From an uncultured Flavobacteriaceae bacterium (GTDB lineage Bacteria > Bacteroidota > Bacteroidia > Flavobacteriales > Flavobacteriaceae), in contig CAJWLL010000004.1 in assembly GCA_913043275.1 (NCBI GenBank), positions 41,447-105,446 on the forward strand: a stretch of 64,000 nt of DNA, given 5' to 3'. The notes under the pieces are model-generated. The model ran no database searches and was not told where the DNA came from. It saw only the letters and a list, made by a program, of their open reading frames with translations. This document shows positions 59,204 to 64,000 of the stretch, piece by piece. Within the stretch, counting starts at the first letter, position 1. Each line of letters begins with the position of its first letter. The position numbers and the translations under genes are program-made.

Positions 59204-60486
59204 TTTGGTACAGAAATGACCTGAGAACTGTGGATCATCTTGGACTGAAAAAGGCCGTAAAAAGTGGCTACAGGGTTGTGGCCTACTACACTTTCAACCC
59301 AAAGCACTACCACACCCATCGATGGGGTTTCAAAAAAACAGACCGGTTTAGAGCCCAATTCCTCATTGAAAGTGTTCAAGCTTTACAACAAGCACTGAAA
59401 TCGTTGAAAATTTCCTTGATCATCGATACAAAGACTCCGGAAAAAGTACTCCCTGAATGGATAAAAAAATACAACGTAAAGGAAATTTACCTACAAGACG
59501 AATGGACTGAAGAAGAAAAAAAAGAAGAGGAGGCCGTATCAGCACAAATTGATTCCAACATCACATGGAACAGAAATTATGAACAATTTCTTTTTCACCC
59601 TAGTGATTTACCTTTCAGTCGATCACAAGTACCTGAGATCTTCGGTACTTTCAGAAAACGTTGTGAAAATGAAGTTCAGTTGCGGCCATCATTGCCCAGC
59701 CTTGCCGCCTTGCCTACTTCCAACCGTATTGTGGTTGATGATAAAGTTCCCACTTTAGCTGATTTAGGGCTTCCTCCCCTAGAAAATGATCTAAGGTCAG
59801 CTTTTCCTTTTTTGGGAGGAACAAAGGCTGCATTAAAACGATTGGAGCAGTATTTTTGGAAAAGCAAAAAGTTATCCTTTTACAAGAATACCCGAAATGG
59901 ACTCCTAGGAACTGATTACAGCTCCAAATTCTCCCCATGGCTGGCCAATGGTAGCCTATCCCCAAAAACCATCTATTGGGAGATCAAACGCTATGAAAAT
60001 GAAATTCAAAAAAATCAATCAACCTATTGGCTGATTTTTGAGTTGATATGGAGGGATTATTTTAAATATATTTCCTTAAAACACGGAAATAAAATCTTCA
60101 AAATTGGTGGGATTTTAGAGAGAGATTATCCCTTGAGCTCAGAGCCAGAAAGGTTTCGACAATGGGCCGATGGGTTAACCCCGGAACCTTTTGTAAATGC
60201 AAACATGATAGAACTCAAACATACCGGTTGGATGAGTAATCGCGGGCGACAAAATGTGGCCAGTTATTTTGCCAAGGACATGAAAATGGACTGGCGGATC
60301 GGAGCAGCCTATTTTGAATCGCTTTTGGTAGACTACGATGTTCACAGCAATTATGGCAACTGGATGTATGTCTCAGGAGTGGGCAACGACCCCCGAGACC
60401 GAAAATTTGACGTTCAATGGCAAGCCGAACGTTATGATCCCAATGGAAAATTCCAGAATCTCTGGCTTCAAAAAACTTTATTTTGA
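59176..60486 (+). CDS. Cryptochrome DASH family protein
   Basis: Motifs [49 protein letters not shown] and [22 protein letters not shown]. Confidence 0.85.
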   Translation: MSKTENTALVWYRNDLRTVDHLGLKKAVKSGYRVVAYYTFNPKHYHTHRWGFKKTDRFRAQFLIESVQALQQALKSLKISLIIDTKTPEKVLPEWIKKYNVKEIYLQDEWTEEEKKEEEAVSAQIDSNITWNRNYEQFLFHPSDLPFSRSQVPEIFGTFRKRCENEVQLRPSLPSLAALPTSNRIVVDDKVPTLADLGLPPLENDLRSAFPFLGGTKAALKRLEQYFWKSKKLSFYKNTRNGLLGTDYSSKFSPWLANGSLSPKTIYWEIKRYENEIQKNQSTYWLIFELIWRDYFKYISLKHGNKIFKIGGILERDYPLSSEPERFRQWADGLTPEPFVNANMIELKHTGWMSNRGRQNVASYFAKDMKMDWRIGAAYFESLLVDYDVHSNYGNWMYVSGVGNDPRDRKFDVQWQAERYDPNGKFQNLWLQKTLF

Positions 60487-62018
60487 TGACACTAAGACTC
60501 ATACTGGGAGATCAACTGAATTTGAAGCACTCTTGGTTCGATAAAAAAGATGAATCTACGCTCTACGTTCTATACGAATTGCATCAGGAGACAAATTATT
60601 TGGTGCATCACATTCAAAAAATAGTTGCCTTTTTTTCTGCCATGCGGGCCTTTGCCTCAGACCTTCAAAATCGAGGGCATCAAGTAATCTATTTTGATAT
60701 CAACAGTAATGTCTCAAAAATATCACTAGAGGATAACATCAAAGACCTTATTAGCGAAAAAGATATTGGAAAATTTGAATATCAACTGCCCGACGAGTAC
60801 CGTTTGGATGAACAACTAAAGTCCATCTGTAAAAACATCAATATACCCTCAAAAAGTTTTGACACGGAACATTTTTTAACTACCAGGGAGGAATTAAAAT
60901 CTTTTTTTGAAGGGAAAAAACAACTTATCATGGAGTTCTTCTACCGCAACATGCGTAGGAAATACGACCTTTTGATGGTACAAGGACAACCTTTGGGAGG
61001 GAAATGGAATTTTGATAAAAACAACCGTAAAAAATGGAAAGGGGAGCCTCCCATTCCCCAACCATACCGAACCGACAATGAGGGAAATCAACAAGTTTAT
61101 GAATCCATCATCAAGGCAGGAATTAAATCCATAGGAGCCTATGATGCCGAAAGTTATCTTTTCCCGGCCGATCGAGAAGAAGCCCTTGAGCAACTGGACT
61201 ATTTCTGTGAAAACCTATTGGTTCATTTTGGAGATTACCAAGACGCCATGCATACGGATGAACGCAATCTTTTTCACTCGAGAATTTCATTTGCCCTTAA
61301 CACTAAAATCCTTCACCCTCTCGAGGTGATGGGTGCAGTCATCAAATACTACCAAATGAATCAAGAGCGCATTGCTCTTTCACAAGTTGAAGGATTTGTA
61401 AGACAAATACTGGGGTGGCGAGAGTACATGCGGGGTATTTACTGGCGTGAAATGCCTGACTACAAAACCCGTAACAAACTAGAAAACTTTAATACACTTC
61501 CCGACTTCTATTGGACCGGAAAAACCAAAATGAATTGTCTAAAAGAAAGCATTACAGATTCCTTGGAGACTGCCTATGCGCACCACATACAGCGATTGAT
61601 GATAACCGGTAATTTTGCCCTGTTAATTCAGTGCCACCCCGATGAGGTCGATGCTTGGTATTTGGGCATTTATGCCGATGCCATCGAATGGGTACAGTTG
61701 CCCAATACCCGTGGCATGAGCCAGTGGGCCGATGGTGGAATTGTCGCTACAAAACCATATGTATCGTCGGGCTCCTATATTCACAAAATGAGTAACTACT
61801 GTGAGGAATGTCAGTATGACCGGAGCAAAAGAATTGGTGAAAACGCCTGTCCTTTTAATAGCTTGTATTGGAACTTTTTGGACGACAAAAAGGAACATTT
61901 CAGCAAAAACAACCGTATGCCCATGATGCTGAGGCTATTGGATAAAATTCCCGCACTGGAAAAGGAAGAGATAAAAAACAGAGCATTGTCCATAATAGAA
62001 AATCCCGATGAATTCTGA
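60486..62018 (+). CDS. Fe-S cluster-type bacterial cryptochrome/(6-4) photolyase (FeS-BCP; COG3046/DPRP family)
   Basis: N-terminal [10 protein letters not shown]. Four Cys spaced C-x87-C-x2-C-x12-C (MNC...NYCEEC...NAC). The ATG shares a base with the upstream TGA. Confidence 0.8.
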   Translation: MTLRLILGDQLNLKHSWFDKKDESTLYVLYELHQETNYLVHHIQKIVAFFSAMRAFASDLQNRGHQVIYFDINSNVSKISLEDNIKDLISEKDIGKFEYQLPDEYRLDEQLKSICKNINIPSKSFDTEHFLTTREELKSFFEGKKQLIMEFFYRNMRRKYDLLMVQGQPLGGKWNFDKNNRKKWKGEPPIPQPYRTDNEGNQQVYESIIKAGIKSIGAYDAESYLFPADREEALEQLDYFCENLLVHFGDYQDAMHTDERNLFHSRISFALNTKILHPLEVMGAVIKYYQMNQERIALSQVEGFVRQILGWREYMRGIYWREMPDYKTRNKLENFNTLPDFYWTGKTKMNCLKESITDSLETAYAHHIQRLMITGNFALLIQCHPDEVDAWYLGIYADAIEWVQLPNTRGMSQWADGGIVATKPYVSSGSYIHKMSNYCEECQYDRSKRIGENACPFNSLYWNFLDDKKEHFSKNNRMPMMLRLLDKIPALEKEEIKNRALSIIENPDEF

Positions 62019-63495
62019 TCGTGAACCCATTCATATTGTTTGGTTAAAAAGGGATTTACGACTCGAGGATCATCCCCCTCTTCGAAATGCGATGTTGTCA
62101 AAACGCAGGGTTCTACTGCTCTATGTTTTTGAAGACATACTATTTGAGGACCCGCACTACAGCCCCAGGCATTTTGACTTTATCAAGCAATCAATCAAAA
62201 CATTGAATGACCAATTGAAGTACTACAACAGCAAGGTTCTCTGCGTCACAGGGAAATTGACTAAAGTACTTGAATCCATTTCAAAAGTGTACCGAATCGA
62301 AAAAATTTGGGCCCATCAAGAGACAGGTGTAATGACCACCTTCAAGAGGGACCATGAGCTTTCTCAATGGTGCGATGAAAGTCTCATTTCATTTGAGGAG
62401 CACCTTCAACAAGGTGTCTTTAGGGGGATGAAAAACAGAGTGAACTGGTTAAGAAAATGGGACGCTTTGATGAATGAAACCATCATTCCTACCCCTCTCA
62501 AAAAGGGAGTACTGATTACAAAAAGGGTAATAAGTCAACTGGAGGATCAAATACCAACTATTGAGTTGGAGGTGAAACCCCATCCCAAACGTCAAATGGG
62601 AGGGAGTCAATATGCGGTGAGGTATCTCAATTCTTTTTTTAAAGATCGCTATCGGAATTACAAAAAAAATATTTCTAAACCGGACCTATCACGCAGGAGT
62701 TGTAGTCGGCTGTCCCCATATCTGGCCTTTGGGAACCTGTCGATGCGTCAAGTTTTACAAAAAACAGAATATGAGTCAATAAAGGGCAACAGAAGTTTTG
62801 CATTGAAAGCTTTTGGTTCACGATTGAAGTGGCAATCTCACTTTATTCAAAAATTTGAAATGGAGTGCTCCATGGAGTTTGAAAGCATCAACAAAGGTTA
62901 CCAAAAACTGGACAAAACCCTAAACGAAGAATACATTAAAGCATGGGAAACCGGACAAACTGGTGTCCCTCTTGTTGATGCAGCAATGCGTTGTTTGGTT
63001 GAAACCGGCTATTTGAATTTTAGAATGCGTTCCCTTGTGGTATCATTTTTTACCCACCACCTCTGGCAACCGTGGCAGGCTTGTGCACATTTTCTGGCCA
63101 GACAATTTTTGGATTTTGAGCCCGGCATTCACTACCCCCAACTGCAAATGCAAGCCGGGGTCACCGGCATCAATATGCTGAGAATATACAACCCCGTCAA
63201 AAATGGTCAAGAACACGACCCCAGTGGGCAGTTTGTAAAACAATGGTTACCAGAGTTGAAAATGCTTCCAAAGGAAATGATTCATATCCCCTGGGAAATC
63301 ACACCTATTGAAGCCCGTGTTTACGGTTTTGAATCCGGAAAAAGTTACCCCTACCCTATTGTTGATTTACAAAAGGCGAGGAAACATGCAACCAGCTCGC
63401 TTTGGCCTTTGTTTAAAAGTGCTCCGGTAAGGAAAGAAGGGAAGAGAATTTTGGCGAAACATACTTTGGCAGACCGAAACAGTTTAATGAGGTAA
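62008..63495 (+). CDS. Divergent cryptochrome/photolyase-family protein (fourth paralog)
   Basis: Motifs [16 protein letters not shown] and [57 protein letters not shown] stands in place of the GNWQW block. It overlaps the previous gene by 11 nt. Confidence 0.75.
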   Translation: MNSDREPIHIVWLKRDLRLEDHPPLRNAMLSKRRVLLLYVFEDILFEDPHYSPRHFDFIKQSIKTLNDQLKYYNSKVLCVTGKLTKVLESISKVYRIEKIWAHQETGVMTTFKRDHELSQWCDESLISFEEHLQQGVFRGMKNRVNWLRKWDALMNETIIPTPLKKGVLITKRVISQLEDQIPTIELEVKPHPKRQMGGSQYAVRYLNSFFKDRYRNYKKNISKPDLSRRSCSRLSPYLAFGNLSMRQVLQKTEYESIKGNRSFALKAFGSRLKWQSHFIQKFEMECSMEFESINKGYQKLDKTLNEEYIKAWETGQTGVPLVDAAMRCLVETGYLNFRMRSLVVSFFTHHLWQPWQACAHFLARQFLDFEPGIHYPQLQMQAGVTGINMLRIYNPVKNGQEHDPSGQFVKQWLPELKMLPKEMIHIPWEITPIEARVYGFESGKSYPYPIVDLQKARKHATSSLWPLFKSAPVRKEGKRILAKHTLADRNSLMR

Positions 63496-63538
63496 AACAC
63501 CCAAAAAAGATCATTAGAATCACCTGAGAATAATCAAG

Positions 63539-63823
63539 ATGAAAAAACAGATTGACCTGAGACCGGAACAGATAGACCGCATCATTGAAATGGCTTGGGA
63601 GGACCGGACGCCCTTTGATGCCATTCAAATACAGTTTGGGCTCAAGGAAGAAGAAGTTATTCGAATGATGCGAAGGGAAATGAAGTCCAGCAGCTTTAAA
63701 ATGTGGCGTGCGAGAGTTCAGGGCCGAAAAACCAAGCACCTCAAACAGCGGGGAACCGAAGTAGACCGTTTCAAATGCAGCCGTCAAAGAGGAATCAGTA
63801 ACAACAAAGTTTCTAAGCGCTGA
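63539..63823 (+). CDS. TIGR03643/DUF2805 family protein (photolyase-associated)
   Basis: Motif EMAWEDRTPFDAIQIQFGLKEEEVIRMMRREMKSSSFKMWRARVQGRKTKH. Confidence 0.65.
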   Translation: MKKQIDLRPEQIDRIIEMAWEDRTPFDAIQIQFGLKEEEVIRMMRREMKSSSFKMWRARVQGRKTKHLKQRGTEVDRFKCSRQRGISNNKVSKR

Positions 63824-63844
63824 TTGGGGAGGCACATAATGTTG

Positions 63845-64000
63845 TCAATAAACAACCTCTACATTCATACCATAGGCCGCTACACCCATCTGAGTCCATA
63901 TCCCCTGACTGGTTGCACGGGCATAGAGGTTGGAACCAAAAAATCCCGCAGAAAACAATAGTTCTCCAGAACCCAAATCTTCAATCCACTCGATGGAAAT
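63845..64000 (-). CDS. C-terminal 51 aa of an unidentified protein (gene runs off the right edge)
   Basis: My reverse-strand translation is ISIEWIEDLGSGELLFSAGFFGSNLYARATSQGIWTQMGVAAYGMNVEVVY*. The G/aromatic-rich alternating pattern suggests a beta-barrel, but I cannot assign it. Confidence 0.3.
   Translation of the reverse strand: MSIEWIEDLGSGELLFSAGFFGSNLYARATSQGIWTQMGVAAYGMNVEVVY

Noticed and set aside
63413-63835. 140-aa minus-strand ORF covering the TIGR03643 gene and the end of the fourth CPF gene
   Set aside because: The plus strand carries two ORFs with strong family signatures. The minus-strand product is S/F/L-rich and unrecognisable.
1-64000. Search for CRISPR arrays, tRNA/rRNA genes, IS elements, integrases and phage or defence genes
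   Set aside because: I found no regularly spaced repeats, no cloverleaf-like GC-rich segments and no transposase/integrase-like ORFs. The only repeat of note is the susC 5' duplicate reported above.

Overview
Low-GC chromosomal segment, Bacteroidota (Flavobacteriia-like) judged by the SusC/SusD pair, lipoprotein signal peptides, TAnnTTTG-type boxes and a fused CcsBA. It has three parts. (1) 1-42.7 kb is a very large sulfatase-rich polysaccharide utilisation locus (PUL). It holds one intact SusC/SusD pair and 11 Cys-type sulfatases, one of them truncated by the window edge. It also holds a heparinase II/III-like putative lyase, a GH88/GH105 domain fused to DUF1961, a GH92-like enzyme, a GH78 rhamnosidase and a SASA esterase. 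Two metallophosphatases and a Gfo/Idh/MocA + PmoA-family + DUF1080 block complete it. A frameshifted susC'-'susD deletion scar lies just downstream of the intact pair. (2) 42.8-56.5 kb is mostly housekeeping: MscS, TerB-like, CcsBA, DUF2520, KdsC, Maf, a PIG-L deacetylase, a Na+/solute symporter and two DUF2911 proteins. (3) 56.5-63.8 kb is a tightly coupled light/DNA-photorepair operon: SRPBCC, SDR, class I CPD photolyase, DUF2256 (unlisted 48-aa ORF), Cry-DASH, an Fe-S (6-4) photolyase-type protein, a divergent fourth cryptochrome/photolyase member and a TIGR03643/DUF2805 protein. I saw no rRNA, tRNA, CRISPR array, transposase/integrase or recognisable defence system. The best candidates for undescribed biology are the oxidoreductase/PmoA/DUF1080 module inside the PUL, the uncharacterised accessory genes of the photolyase operon, and the uncharacterised 483-aa secreted protein next to SusC. 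All family calls rest on motif recognition by eye, not on database searches.
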